A stretch of DNA of 64,000 nucleotides, taken from assembly GCF_009914755.1 (NCBI RefSeq), contig NC_060927.1; one strand, given 5' to 3'. Below, in pieces: positions 43,324-58,186 of the stretch (its first letter is position 1; every line of letters starts with the position of its first letter). The DNA comes from the human T2T-CHM13v2.0 reference genome, Homo sapiens. The notes beneath the pieces were generated by a model, which was not told where the DNA came from, made no database searches, and worked only from the letters and a program-made list of their open reading frames with translations. Position numbers and translations under genes: made by a program.

Positions 43324-46300
43324 CCTGTAGTTCCACATGTACGTGGATCAGCTCTTAGTCCCATACATTCCAAATTACATTATTTAAGCTTCTTACAAAA
43401 GGGCATGCTCATTCCAATGGGTTTCTTGTAATGTATATTTGATTAGGACTCATGTGCTATTCATTCAAACATTCTTTTGTTCATCGTAAATTAGTTTTTT
43501 TTGAGCCAATATTGTTAGAGCTTCTTCTAACCAAGAAGGATCTTTAGAAATTGATGCCCTCTGTGGCTTTGGTAGCTCCCAGAATCGATGAATCATGATT
43601 AGTTGTTTAAAGGAGAAAGAGTCTTCTTCAGATATAAAAAGGAGAAATGCCCACATGGACCCCACCCTCTACCCTGAGAAAGTTCTCAACTAAAAGCAAT
43701 AGCCTTGTCATCTCACATCAGTGGTTTCTCGTCCTACACATTCTGAGATGTGATCTCTTAATCCCATTTATGTAAAAGTGGAAGAGTTTGTCCTTCTGTC
43801 TGTATTCCTCTCTCATGTTGTCTTGTAGAGCTCTTAATATCCATTCACGTGCTTAACATTTAATCTTTATCCATTTATTTTGCTCTGACCTAAGGCAGAT
43901 AGTCACCTTCACAATTCTTTTAGGTAGTCAGAATGTATACAATGTGTTACAAAATCATAAAGGGAAAAGTGGTCTTACAGTTCTTAAGTATTTTTTATAT
44001 TACAAAGTTTTTAAAAAGCCAAGTTGGAGAAATAATGTTTTCATTGGCAAGAGACATTAAGAACTGTAGTAATTGTTCACTAATTGGTTTCTCTGTGCCA
44101 GAGCTGTACTGGGCATATGGCTTATATAATTTACCTTGATATTCACAAGAAGCCTATGATGTGAGTTTTATCATTCTCATGTTAGAGGATACATGAGATT
44201 TAGATTTTACATGACTTGACTAGGCTTATGCAGCTAGTTCAAAAACCTGGGTTTCAGCTCATGTCTTTTAAAGTTTCAGGCTAATGTTCTTAAATATTAA
44301 TGTGTAATATCTACTGATGATGTCAAATGACTGAATGAAAATTGCATTTTCTTAGCTATCATTAATAAGCAGTCTTCTCTAATTAATTCTGAGTTCATAG
44401 CCAAGTATTTCCTTAAGAAACATATATGTAGGAAATATGTTTGTGTGTGTCTAGATTCTAGTGATCTAATGATACGGATAATCCCTGTGGACTTAAGGTA
44501 GAAAATCTAGTGCATCACTCAATCATTATGCATCAGCAAATGAGAATGAATCTGTATTTAGTTCAAAGAATATTCATTAAACAACATACTTTACTTTTTG
44601 TTTGGTAGCATAATGGGAAAGTAATCAATATGTCACCTTTGTTGGAGTCTTTACAGCTGGATGATTTCTGAAATGCCAAACTTTACCAGGATTACGCCTT
44701 TCCTATATACTAATATTTAACTATTTACAAATGAATACAAGCTTTGGGATGGCTGAGGGATTTTGAGGGAGAAGTCTGCTATCAAGCATATGCAGAGATT
44801 CTTTTTCTTCATCTTCCTTCCAGGCCTTGGTGCCATATTGAGAACTTATAATTAGGCCCTAACTCAAAGCCTGCCAAGAATGTATTTTCAATTTTTGTGC
44901 TTTGCTATCTCAGCTATTTCAATTACATATATCCATGCTGTAGGAAACATGTTATCCTAAATGTTTCTGGGGATTGATTTTTTCCAAGTATTTCTAACTT
45001 TTGTTTAAACATAATAAAAGTTAACTGAAATTAACAGGAGAGCTTAACTCAGAGAATCTCATCAGTGATTGTATCCATTCATTATGTTTTTTTTATGGCA
45101 AGGTAGGCATTGCGCTGGGCATTTTTGGGATTTGCCTCATCTACTCTTCATAATAAGTCTATAACTTAGGTACTATTGACCAACTTTTTAGAGATAAAGA
45201 AACTAACCTAGGGAGATTAAATACATTACTAGTTATTCCACCTTATGACTTGGCTTCTAAACCCAAGCTTTTAACTACTGTTGTAGGGCTTGGCAAAATA
45301 TATTTTAGATTCCTGTTAATGGCTCATCATAATCTCTTTCATTTCCAGAGGGAGTTAGCATTATCCTCATTTTGTGTATGAAAAATCTCAGATATTGGAA
45401 AACTAGATGACCTATTCAAGATAACTTATTTGAGACATGAAAGAGTTGGAGCTTAGTTCCTTTTTACTTTTTAAATGATTAGTATATGATGCAGAAGCTT
45501 GTTAATTATTATATTCCTTGCAAGAGAAATTACTCTATATTTTAAAAGCATCATAAGTATAAGATAAAACACATACACCTGGGTTGTAATCATATAAAAT
45601 ATAGGCTTTTATATATTGGCTTCTGTGTTTGAAACTAACACATCTACATAGTAATAGAGTGGCCCAGCACCATTGAATATGAAACAAATTTTGTTTCTTT
45701 ATGTTAGGAATCCAGTAAGCCCTGCGACTGGTTGATTTTGAAAGTCAGGTAAGGTTTCTTTACTCCCTGCAAGGAGGCATAGGTCCTATGAATCTGGGTT
45801 CCCGCTGGGGACAAGTTGGTATACAAACCTACCCCTGAGTGTGACACTAATCCTCTGTCCTCAGCATCTAATCCCAAGCCTCCCCCAAGGGTAATTTGAA
45901 GGTTCCCGGGATTTTGGGATTGGGGGTTACATAACTGCCAGGTGACTAAGGGGTTTTAGGCTGGATGGAAAGTTTAGAAGACGGGGGCTTAGGGAGGCTC
46001 TGTCTACTCTTAAGTATCTTCACTGCTTCCCTCTGTCTTCCATCTTCCTTCTCATTCCCTACCCCCTTTTTCTCTATCTCATCTTCTTTCTATTTGCCTT
46101 CCTACAAAGGACAACAAAAAAGGGAGAAAGTGTGAAAATCTCTTTTAGTAACTTGGGGGTGGGGAAATGTTGCATTTTCTCTTTTGCTAGAATTCTTTCC
46201 AATCTCCACTTTGTACTGGAACGCTGCAATTTTCCACTTGCCCGCCTACAGTTCCTCATTTTTCTCAATTCCCTCTCTTCTGCCCGCAATAAAGGTGATA

Positions 46301-46776
46301 CTAGAACACATCAAAATGTGAGGGTACTGTTTCCCACTGCTTTTCAGTCCTCAGTTGTTTCTTCTCTGCATGATAACAAATGAAAGCCAGCTACAAAAAT
46401 TTCTCTGTACTCAATCAATTCTGTCAGGATTGTTAGCTATGACCAAGAACACTACTTACAATGGTGTAAACATTAATAAGATGTGTCACTCCACATGTGC
46501 AGGGGAGGCGTGAACTCCACATCCGTTACCCTCAGGGAACATACTATATTTCTCTTGGACTATCTCAGGTTGTTTTTTTCCCACAAGTCACCTTTGGCTT
46601 TAGGATGACTTATCTCAGGTAGTAAGACAGGATTCCTCTGTGTGTTGACTATCCTATTTCAGATTCCACAGCTCCAGCTATTGGTACATAGATGTAGATA
46701 TGAACAGATACTGCAGAGGCAGATATATTTAGACAACTGAGAGACCACAGATAATTGAATACATAGAGACATAAGC

Positions 46777-46824
<48 letters not shown>

Positions 46825-46845
46825 GATAGATGATAGATTGATAGA
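46777..46845 (+). repeat. (GATA)n tetranucleotide microsatellite with interrupted 3' end
   Basis: About 11 perfect GATA units followed by GAT/GATA variants. Confidence 0.97.
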
Positions 46846-48937
46846 ATAAGAACTTGAGTTTTTATTCACATCTGTATACTCAGTACCTTTCCCAGTGCAT
46901 CACATATTGTGGGCCTGAATGCATGCTTACTGCGTGAATGGACAAAGAGGACTACATAGCTTCCTAACCACGAAGGGCTGCTTGTTATTTCTTGTACTCT
47001 GAATGCAACTGGAGACCAAACTCAGAGTCAATATTGTCCCAATTTACTGAGACACCAACTAGCACAGTTCATTCAGACTTTGTTTTTACCACATTCCAAT
47101 TTTAGAGAGCTTATCAATCCACCACTATATGTGCGCATGTGTTAGGGGCAAAGAGAGAGATGTATATTTTAATATGGAATTCAAACAATCTTGTTTTGGA
47201 AAGACCACAAAAGATATGAACCCTTTTATAACTTCCCTGCAAGTGAATGTTGACTCTATATTTGATTACATCTAGTGAAGGGAACTTAACCACCTCATGC
47301 ATTTTTGAGAAAATCTGAAAAGTTCTTCCACATATTGAGTTGAAAACTATCTTCCTGTAACTTCTACCCCTTTATTCTGCTTTTATACTAATTCCGTACT
47401 TTTTCTTCCAGAGTGGAAAGAGGCGAATGCTAATCGAGGGATTATAATCCCTGCTGAACAGCAGAAGTTTCTACCTTTGTATCCCCATTAAAGCATCCTT
47501 GAAACTATTCATTAACCTCCAAGGATGGCTCCTGGGACATAGAACATTTGAAAGCAGCAGCTCTAAAACAGAAATTTCCCAGAATACTCTGGCATGAGGA
47601 CTTTCACCATTTTAATTTGGAGAAATGCTTTTTACCCCAATTGTATTTTCCCACTCATTTGTTAAAACTTAAGGAGACTCTAATACACTGTATATAATGG
47701 CAATTCCAGACTTCCCTCTGAAGAAGGAAGTTTGCATCTGCTGCCGTACATTTCTGCCATGGGGAAATTTCCATTTCTTACCTTTCTTTCTGTGTCTGGT
47801 TTCTACCTGGGGTGGAAGTAGGGGGAGTGAGTTCTGCAATCAGTATGTTGTACCAGAGGCACAAGACGATCACTATTAATGACATGTGCTGCATGTTCAT
47901 GGACTATAAGAGGAGCTTCATAAACATTTATTTCCCCAAACATAAGAGAATCATAAAGTCCCCGCTCACTAAACTGAGTAGCACTAATTTAATTTCATGA
48001 CTTGCCATGGAACAATGGGCCTGAGAGGCAATAAAGGTTGTCCAAGCATGATAATTTCTCATGATAAATAGCCAGGAAACAGAAAAGTGCTACTTAGAGA
48101 CCTGGGAATAGGAGACAAGGACCACCAAGATAGTGGCGCTGTCACAACCTGCAAGGGGCCGTCTTAGAGCAACCCATCCGCTTGCTTTTGTACTATCAAA
48201 GGGTTCCACAAAGAACTACAAAAGCTTCCGCTTTCTTCAGAGCCTCATTTATTTTTATTAAGAGCAGATGGTGGCAGAAGTCCTCTGAGCACTTTACTAG
48301 CGTACTACCGTTCACCGAACAGCAGCCAGTAGAGCACAGAATAGAGATTTCTGTCCACCCGTTCATTTGCTTCTCCCTGCAGTCTCCATGGCAGAACAAG
48401 CAAGTGCAGTTTTAGTGTCAACAAGCATAATTAAAGGTCTGAGATGTTTCGTAGTATTGTGATTTCATACAGACTAGATAATGCCATTGAGAGTCATTTA
48501 TGTCACATCTAAATGATTTTACCATATAAATATATTATTGGCTTGTTGTTCAAGATATACTGATAATTTGTTTAAATCACCTGCAGCTAAGTACGTGCCT
48601 CAAAAATATCTCTTTTACTTTTTCCTATTTTATGTTATTTATATATTTCAAGTAGGTACCCTCACATCATAGGCATCTTATGAGCTTGGTATGCTATGTT
48701 TATTCAAATGAATAACAAATTAGAGGGGAGAAGATATTTTTCATAGTCAGCATATTTTCTTCATATTTTTCAGGTGTACTCTGTGATCAGCCAACTATAT
48801 TCTTATATTTGTCTAAGGAGAATCTTACAGTTCATTTAAAAACTTAATTTTTTTCCAAGGTAGGAATTGCCTTGTTTTCATGTAATTAACTCTTAGGCAA
48901 CACATCATAAAATAATTTTATTGTATAAAGAAAATAA

Positions 48938-49503
48938 GTGATGGTTGATTTTAGGTGTCAACTTGACTGGATTGAGGGATGCCTAGATGGTTCAGGATGC
49001 ATTGTTCCTGGATGTATCTGTGGGGGTGTTTCCAGAGGAGACTGACTTGTGAGTCAGTGGACTGAGAAAGGAAGACCTGCGCTCAATGTGGGTGGGCACC
49101 ATTCAGTTAGCTGGGGACAAATGAAACAAGCTGGTAGAAGAAGGAGGATTTGGCCCTGTGTACTATCTTCCTTCCAAAGTAGGACACTTTTTCTCCTCTT
49201 GCCCCTGGACATCAGGCTCCAGGCTCTTCAGCTTTTTGACCTTGGGATTGGCACTAGCAGCCTGCAGGGCTCTGGGCCATAACTGGGCGCTGCACTGTTG
49301 ACTTCCCCGAGTCTTCAGGCTTGGAATGAGCCATGCTGCTGGTTTTCAGCCATGCTGCTAACTTTTCTGGTTTCTCAGCTTGCAGTTGGCCTATTGTGGA
49401 AATTCTCGTCCTCTGTAATCCTCCTGTGAGCAAGTTCCCCCTAATAAATCTGCTTTCATATATCCTACTGGTTTTATCTGTCTGGAGAACCCTGACTAAT
49501 ACA
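48938..49503 (+). mobile_element. MLT2B-like ERVL LTR
   Basis: GTGATGGTTGATTTTAGGTGTCAACTTGACTGGATT...TCTGGAGAACCCTGACTAATACA. Confidence 0.9.
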
Positions 49504-50609
49504 CAGTATTAATATTGGGAGTTGTGCTTCTGCTTGAAGACTCAATATCAAATATCTTATAATAAAAAATTACAAAAGTCATACAATATAGGGTTGTTTA
49601 ATCAGCTAGGATAATTAAACAACATTCTGACACTTAAAATACAAACACAAATATGTTATAAAGGTGCAAATTGTGTGATGGTGTGTCCAGTTTATAAAAA
49701 TAGGTCTTTTCTATATCATAATGCGTATGTCAACACAGTGCTTCTCACTTTGGGATTAGATGAGTAGACCATGAAAACTCATACTGTAGTATAATTTTTT
49801 TGTCTGTGAAAGTCTTTTTGTGATTAAATGGTAAAATATTGTAGGTATATTTGGCCCCAGGCATGATCCTCATTTATTTAAGCCCTGGGTAGATTAATGA
49901 CCTCTCTGACCTAAAGTAACTTCACACAGGCAGTCCTCGAATGGAGGAGGAATTTTATGTTCTCCTCCAGGTGGCCATAAATACTTGCTGGTTATCAAAT
50001 AATCTTAAATCTTCTCATTGAGGATGTTGGGGGCAAGGAAGTGTATAAATTTTAGCTGAGTGATGAAAAATGTACTCAGGTAGGCTGTGGGCTATGTCAT
50101 ATTTTTTGGAAGGTGTTGTAATTTTCTTCACTCAGTTGACTTTTTCAAGTTTGGATAGTAAAGAGCGTCACATTATAAAATAGAGGGTCATGTACTTTCG
50201 AGCCAGCCAGTTTTCAGGAGTTTGAGATTCTGCTTTGAATTTTGAGAGTTCAGCAAATGAGAGACAGATATCACACTATCCAAACTAAAGAACTAAAGGA
50301 CTATCTCAAAATTGTGAAATAGGACTCTTAGCTTCTGCTCATTATATTTACTTGGATGAAATGATGCCTAAACATGTATAGTGAGACAGAGAAAAATGTG
50401 TCCAGCTCTATAATCCTACAAAGTATTACCATCAATATTAGAATAGTTTCATTGTGTTATCAGTGAACTAATCTTACCAACTACTGAGTTTCTTAGCTAA
50501 TATTTATAAAGTTTTTAATGATGTTTTAGGTGCTATTCTTTCTCTCTCTATAGGATTTATATATATATATATATATAGACTCATACATACAATAGTTTAT
50601 GTGATTATA

Positions 50610-50780
50610 TATATATACATGTACACAAGAACCTAATGAGGTAGGTACTATTGTTATTGCTCTTTCAGAGAAGGGAACCCTGAGGCATAGAAAGGTTATG
50701 CACATGCTCAACATCACTTAACTGGTAAGAGGCAGAGTAGGATCTGAAACTAGGCAGTATGGCTCCAGAGTTTATATTCT
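50610..50780 (-). mobile_element. MIR SINE remnant
   Basis: ATGAGGTAGGTACTATTGTTATT...CTGAGGCATAGAAAGGTTA...GGCTCCAGAG. Confidence 0.75.
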
Positions 50781-50784
50781 TCCC

Positions 50785-51137
50785 CAGGGGTCAGCAGACC
50801 TTTTTCTGTCACGGGCCAGATAGAGAATATCTTAGGCTTTGTAGCCTGCACTGCAGGGTCTTTGTCTCACCTAGTCAACTCTGCTGTTACAGCTCAAAAG
50901 CATCCACAGATGATAGATAAATCAATGGACATGGCTGTGCTCCAATAAACTTCTATTTATGAACCATTTATGAACCCTGAAATATGAATTTCCTGTGGCA
51001 CAAGATATGATTATTCTTTAGATTTTTTTTCCAATCACTTAAAAATGTAAAAACCCTTCGTAGCTTGAGGCCCATTCCAAAACTGGTGATGGGCCAGAGG
51101 TGGCCTGTGAGCCCTTTATAGTTTGTTCACCACTGCT
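50785..51137 (+). mobile_element. MER58B-like DNA transposon
   Basis: CAGGGGTCAGCAGAC..GGGCCAGATAG..AATATCTTAGGCTTTG..TCCAATAAAC..TAGTTTG with terminal inverted repeat remnants. Confidence 0.8.
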
Positions 51138-52137
51138 CTAAACTCTTCCACTCCAAACTGCCCATGTGGTTCATGTATGAACAGTGTTGGCATCGCTGTC
51201 CAGCTTGTTAGAAATGCACATTCTCCAGCCTACTGAATTACAATCTGCATTTCACCAGGGGATGTATATGAATGCTAAAGTTTGAGAATCACTGCTCCAA
51301 GCAGCTAAGATATCCTCTTTTTCATTCTAAAAAGACTGCTTTATAAAGGTTGACTTTTAATCATCCCAATAATTAGAATGAGACTGAAAACAACTGTCTT
51401 TTTTCTTATCACAGAATGTTTGTGTTCATAGAGGATACTGTCCAAAACAGTAGTTTGTGAGAGAAGTTCTATTTTAAAGGGAGGCTGTGATCAAATAAAT
51501 AGGGGTCACTGTAATCTGTTCCAGTCTTGGAGATTCGCAATAACAATGAGTATGTCAAAGCCTCTGTGGAGTCCTGCAGGTTTTTAAGGTGCTTTGTTTA
51601 ACCTGGTGTTTCCCAAACATAACTAGGGAACCCTTTTGGTGAGAAACACTTATTAATATCATAAGGGACTCTAAGAACATCGTGACTTAAGTAATAGTTT
51701 GAGGACAATATGGCATCAAGGAAATCAGTGGCCTCAGACAAGACCAATTTGGATGCCAGCCTAATTTCACTGACTATTTCTGTAACTACAGCAGGCTTGT
51801 CTTATACTCTGCAAGGTTGTATCATTCTGCACCCCCATCCTGTTTACATCTATATGTTTTGTGGCTTCTATAATACTATTTCAAGTTATCTCACCTTTCT
51901 AGGCTTCTGTGACCCCATCTATAAAATGTGATAACATGTGGGATAAATGGGATAAATGGCTTCCATGACCCCCATTTATAACATGTCTTACCACAATTAA
52001 AGGAGTTAATATGTATAATATGCTTAGAATCCTGCCTGACACATAATAAATATTCAGCTTATTCTAGCTTTAATATCATTGAAGGATAAAATGTCATATA
52101 ACACCAAAATGACCTAATCAAAAAGGGTTCAAGGCCC

Positions 52138-52335
52138 TAGAGCAGAACTTTTTGAGCTGTTGGAAATGTTACGTATCTGCACGTCCAATATGGTAGCCAC
52201 CCACCACGTGTGAAACTGAGCATTTGAAATGTCACCAGTGTGACTGAGGAACTCAACTTTAAACTTCATTTCACTTTCATTAATTTAAATTTAAAACACA
52301 TATGTGACCATTGGCCACCATATTAAACCATACAG
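52138..52335 (+). mobile_element. MER3-like DNA transposon
   Basis: TCCAATATGGTAGCCAC..GAGCATTTGAAATGT..GTGACTGAGGAACT..TTAATTTAAATTTAAA. Confidence 0.8.
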
Positions 52336-53199
52336 CCCTAGACAGGTTGGGGTATTATCCTTCAATAGATGTTTAAAGGCTGGTTATGGGAACTTAACAC
52401 CACTTTTCAGCCCCTGCGTACATCAATAGACAGGCATACAGATGTAGTAAAAAAAAAAAATATTTGATCACAAAATGGAAGAAAAATTAAGTGGAGCCCT
52501 TTGAAAATATAAAATTTTTCACATTTCATCTACAGCCTGAAATGGTTAAAACTAGACTTATGCCTCTGACCTATCAGTCTACTTAATGCCCCATAAAGCT
52601 TTATGAGGCTTTTTAAGAAATGGAGCTTGGGATTCTCAGTGGTGTAACTGTCTATAGATTATGGCTTTGAGTGGCGCTGTTCCTTCCTGTATCACCCTCA
52701 TGAGCTAGCAGATGAAAAAATAAATTATATGCCACAGTCTTTTTTCTGGAAGAGAACTGCATTTGTGCAGAGAAAGAAATTATTAACAAACTTGCTGAGC
52801 AAGAAGCTAAGATACTCAGGGAACCAGAAGGTGTTTGCACTTTTCTGTGCTCGACGAAGGGATCCATTTTGGTTTTACTACCAGGAGGGAGGAAGTGTGA
52901 GAAAGGGAGGGCAAGGGGATAGAGCCAGATGCAGAGGGTATTCTGTGGACTCTGAAATCCATTCTAAAGCAACCTAAGTGAGTGCAAGTTTGATATGAGT
53001 GAGGGGTGTTGTCTGAAACAAAGCCTCATAACTAAGGTGGTGTGAGCAGATGCTATAGCAAAATAGAGGAGAGAAGATGAAGGAAATTAACATGAATTTT
53101 CAGGCCAAATTATCTGAGATGCAAAATTAAACTAGGTACACTATAGAGTCCCTTTGTGCTTGTCCCATTAGCAGAACAGCAGCCTTCTACCGCCCCTCT

Positions 53200-54620
53200 T
53201 TCCCTCCCCCAGAGATACTTCCTGCATGGTACTCCATCTCTCCTGAATGCAAAATTGTCCATGCATTTGCCAAAGTTAGAAATCATGGAGCTCTTTCCAT
53301 CCTTGCTGTAGTCGGTCAGTCCCCAAGTCCCAGCCTCCTATCATCATGTCCCCTAAATGCGTCTCTTCCTTTCAACCCTTTCTCTCCAGTCCAAGTTGTC
53401 ATCAGCTTTTTTTTCTGGAGCATTTCAACAGGCTTGTCTTCCCACTGAAGTTTCGCTTCTACATTTTTTCCAAAGGTTGCTAAAGTGATCAATGTAAAAC
53501 ACAGATCTGCCCACGTCCCTCTACTTCTTGAAAACTTTTCAAAGCTCCCCATGGCCCTTGAGGGCTCTTTCAAGAGACATTGAATGCCCTCCACAGACTA
53601 GCCTAGTGCACCCTTTCTTCTCAGCTGCTGCTACTTTACTTCACAAAATCTATGTGCCAGGCAAACAGAAGGCCTCTAAAAGGCCCTGTTCTTTCCTGAC
53701 TCTTCTGATCTCCTTGCCTGAAATTCCCCTTCTCCTGTCTCTCAGGCCTACATTGCACTCCTCTTTGAAGGCTGCCTCAAATGCTATCTCACCCATCCAG
53801 CAGGCTGTGGCCTCTCTTTTCTCTGAACTTCTGTTATGATTCACACTGCACATCTGTCAAAATTTCAGAGCTTGACAGATATAAATTCTTATTTAATGCC
53901 TTACTTGGGGCACTTCCTCCTCTGCCCCACCACCCCATCTTCAATGGAACTGGTAGCTCCATCTTTGGCATTTGTGAAGACCCCTCTGTTGTGCCAGACC
54001 CCTATTGACTCCAGTAGGGATGGCACTATGTTCAGGAAGCTGAAAAAAAGACCTGTAGCCAGCCAGTGACAAATAGGGTTTAGTGAGGATTTATATACAG
54101 TGGCAGTCCAGTGGCAGAAGGCTGGACAGGAGAATTGCTGCCATTCACAAAAAGCATGCAGTTTCTATAGCATTTTCACTCAGCACCCTCCACTTAACAA
54201 TCTCCATTTAACCCAGAACAAAGGGCCTTGGTTCCTTGAAAGTCCTGTGCTCCAAGAAATGAGACAGGGATTCAGATGTCTTTCATAGATAAAGAGTGAA
54301 TCTCTGGGTTGGCAATTCTTAGATTCCCTGGCTCTGGACTCTGAATAAACATACTTCTTAGACAGTTGAGTCATTCTCAAGGTATGCTTAAATTATTACT
54401 GTTAGGTGCATCTGTCATATACCCCCTATGGTTGCCTATAACACTTTGTAATATAATTAGTTGTGTCTATGGTTTTGTCCCAATCAAATTGTATCTCTCT
54501 GAGTGCAACTTTCTGGGCTTGTTCTTGATTATATCTTCAGAACCTATCACAGCACCTGGAACATTTCACATGCTTACCTGCTTAATGCATGCATTAAATA
54601 AATAAAAGAAATGAATGGAT
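53200..54620 (+). mobile_element. Fragmented L2 3' region remnants
   Basis: AAAACACAGATCTG..CTTGAAAACTTTTCAAAGCTCCCCAT; ACAGCACCTGG..AATAAATAAA..TGAATGGATG tail; discontinuous. Confidence 0.55.
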
Positions 54621-56068
54621 GTCAGTAAAAGACGAATGGAGAAAAAAAACAAAAGCAACATTCTACATTATTCAATTAGCCATACTATATTGCAGCATTT
54701 TGAATGCCAAATGCAGAAATTTTTCATTATTCCTTCTAAGGCTTGAGAAAGGCAGTTTCTCTGTTGTTTAATATGCTCATTAGTTACTAGCTTTGAGATA
54801 CAGCAGTAACAAAATGCAATTAATCAGACAATTCTAATGCCAAATTATATCTAAATTTCTGCTCTTTCAGTTACTTTCAATACCTTTGAGGACAAGAGCA
54901 ATGCATTATGCTATCTTTTTACTCCCTATCTTGCCATGTCCTCCAGCACAAAACAGTAAGAGTTCCATAAATGATTGATTGATTGTCATCAGAATGGAAT
55001 CTATTCCACAGATGTAGGGTAGGGTGAGATTTGGCAGCATTTTTTGGCTATTTCTTGGCCTTTTACCATGTAAAGCCAGCATGTAAAAACAGAGACATTT
55101 CCAAAACTACAAATACATGGTTTGTATTTTGCAGACTTGTAGTGAAATTGTAAGTAGCCTATCACCAGGAAAAGCTATTGGACTTAATTTGGATTCAAAT
55201 GAAAAGAACAATCGAAAGACCTTTTTCAGCAAGGATAACCTATTGACATGTAAGAGAGGATGATAAATCGGTTCCTAAAAAGCCTAGGGTTGTTTTTCCT
55301 GTGAAGAATCTTAAATGAGAAAAGCTGAGGAAGAACTAATGTGGTCATTTCAGTTCAAGTGTCATTATCATTATCATGCAGGATGTAGAAAATATTATGC
55401 AAATGTATTAACTGAACCACACAGTCTAAAAGGAACAAACCAGAGGAAACAAATGTCTGTGATTCTTACATTGTGGTATTCTGGGGCATGTACTTTCCGA
55501 AGATTTCTGTTCATTGAGATCTAAAATTCTGGAGAAGCTTGTGGCTTATTTTACTTCATTTTTACCCTTTCATCCACAATTGGCACTTGTTCTTTCATTC
55601 AACAAAGATTTACTGCGTGTCATGGATATTCACTCTAATTTTTTTTATTTGGCATCTCATCAAAATCATGACATCGTACTACGTTGAAAAGTGGCCTATT
55701 TACACAAATGTCTAGTACAATTAGGATATTTATTAATTGAAACTCTTTCAGTTACAAAATATAGAAACTCAAGCCACAGCAAAATGGGAATGCATTACTG
55801 CCTATGGCTAGACAGTTCAAAGAGTAATTTCCATTCAAACAATGCTGGATCCAAGATCTGTACCATCTGTGTATTTTTAGGAGGCTAATTTTTCTGCAGT
55901 TCTTTCCCCTGCTTTCCACTCTGTTGGTTTTATTTCCAGCTGACCTCTCCAGACACATATTCCAACTCCAGGAAAAGGAAAAATTCCCATGAAACTTCTA
56001 GCAAATGTCACAGAGTCAACTCTTACTGTATCCTTCCTGGGGATTATATGCTCTTCTAAACTCACTAC

Positions 56069-57009
56069 TGATGCAGGATATTTTCTTGACCCCTTCACAG
56101 GACTCGTGACAGGGGTGCCCTGTTTACTCAGCATGCCATGCTCAGCCCCTCACAGGAGGAAGCATGCGGGTGAACAAGTGCAGGAACTGGCTGAGCACTT
56201 CTGAGCTGGTAGGAGCAAACTCCATTTATTCGGCTCTGCCACTCTCCACCCCTTGCAGAGGGAGCATGTAGGCAAGCCAGTGCAGGAACCAGCTGGCTTC
56301 TTTAGAGTGGCAAGAGCAAACTCCGTGCAGGGCCCTACAGCAGTGTCCAGGTGGAGGTGTCTGTGACCCCAAGGACTCAGAGGGTGTGTTACAGTGATCT
56401 CTTAGTGCTGTGATCCACAGATAGTGGTGTGTTATCAGCTCAGTGGACCCTTTGCCTCGTCCTGTGATGTGGCTGCCCTCTGCCAGCAAGGGCAGAGGGC
56501 CAGTGTGACAGCTTTTTTGGGCACCCGCACTTGGTGGGTCCCAAATTCTTGTCTGGTGCCCAAGAAGGAGGTCACATAGATGAATTGAAAGATGGTGAAT
56601 GCAGAAATTTTATTGAGCAATGAAAGTGGCTCTCAGCAGAGAGGGGAGCTGGGAAGGGGACGGGAAGGGCAGGTCGCTCTCCCCTGAAGCACCTCTCTGC
56701 CTGTCTCCTCCAAAGTCAAGTTGCCTCTCCCTGATATCTATCCACTTCTCTCCTCCACCAGCCGACTCTGGGATTTTTATAGGCACAGGACGGGGGGCAG
56801 GGTGGGCCATAGGTAGTTTTGGAAAAGGCAACATTTGATTGGTAAAATGACATTACTCAGAAAGAACCAGTTGGGAGAGAGCAGGCAAACAGAAATAGAA
56901 GTTCTCACTTTGAGCCACAGGTTTCAGGCTACTTTTGACTTGAAGATAGGGTTCCCACCAGGTACCTACCCTTGTCTGCCTAGTGTCTGTCTGCCTTCTG
57001 CCTCTGTCA
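56069..57009 (-). mobile_element. ERV1 solo LTR (MER50/MER52/LTR28 group)
   Basis: TG..CA termini, CCTATAAAA and AATAAA on minus strand, 4-bp TSD CTAC. Confidence 0.85.
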
Positions 57010-57744
57010 CTACCAAGGTCAGGAAAGTACAATATTTTGAGGGACCACGCTGGAATCATACATCTAACTCGTGGACCCAGCCATAATATTAGCTCCATAT
57101 AAACCACAGGTGGGGAAGGAGAAGTGGTTCCATGAAAGAATGCTACGTAAAAGGAAAAAATATATATTTTTTATCTATTCCAGGAATATGATCTACAGCT
57201 AGTTCATTTTGTAAATTGTTCTCCCGTGTGAGAAAAGCAGAACATGTTTAAATCACATGAACTATTTTAAGTTAACCTGATTTCATGTTTTGAAATAGCC
57301 TTTAATTCATTATTTTAGATTAGAAATTATGGAAGATTCAAAGGCAGTTTGCCTGCAATTTGTGTCATGGGAAAGGCCTGAAACCCAAACAAGAAAAACT
57401 GAGCACTCCACTTGTAACTCAGGGAAAAATAATTCTGTAAAGAGTCTCTGAATTTGTAGCTATCATTTCCTGTGTTGCCCTAACTAGATGTCAGTTCTTT
57501 TACCTTTGAACTCTCCTGGCACTTTGATTGAAGATCTCATGTGGGATTTACCACATGCTACCTTGAATTATAAATAGTTGTGTACTTACCTTAGTGCCCT
57601 AGGAGATGATATGCTACTTACAGAACGAAGGAAAATTTTCTTCATCTATTCTATGCATCCTCATTTAGTGTTTGTTACTGGGCCTCATGTAACAGTAGGT
57701 ATCAAATAATCTGTTAAACATAGTTCATTTTTTCCTTCCCTATT

Positions 57745-58186
57745 GTGAAAAGCCAAAATTACAGCAAATTTAGTTATATATTTAATTGACTTTTATTCAT
57801 GATATATGAATTTTGGAGTAGCCTCCATTCTACAAAAGAGAATGAGAGTTCCCACTGGACAATAACAGAACATGGAAATTTGATGGGTGGAAACAAGGAA
57901 ACAGAAGAATAGGGGAATAGCTGTTTGGTTAACATCAGGTTACTTTAGGTTACTTTTTTGATAAGGGTTAAAGCAGAGGGACTTCCTTAATATGCTGACT
58001 CAAGTAGACTGGAATCTGTTTTCAGGAAAAAGTGGTTTGTTTGGGGATGTGTCAGTTTCCTTAAATTTTCAGTTTGATTGTATGTCATTTAGCATACGTG
58101 ATTCCCTTTTTGTTTGGTCTGATCTCTTGGCGCCTAGTGCAGAAACTCAGTCGAAAGCAATGGCCTCCAGTGATATCAGTTTAACA
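57745..58186 (-). mobile_element. MER31-like ERV1 LTR
   Basis: Reverse complement begins TGTTAAAC..GGAGGCCATTG..CTGCACTAGG..CAGACCAAAC. Confidence 0.7.

Noticed and set aside
46777-46845. GATA STR as a named forensic marker
   Set aside because: Flanks do not match any marker I can recall with confidence.
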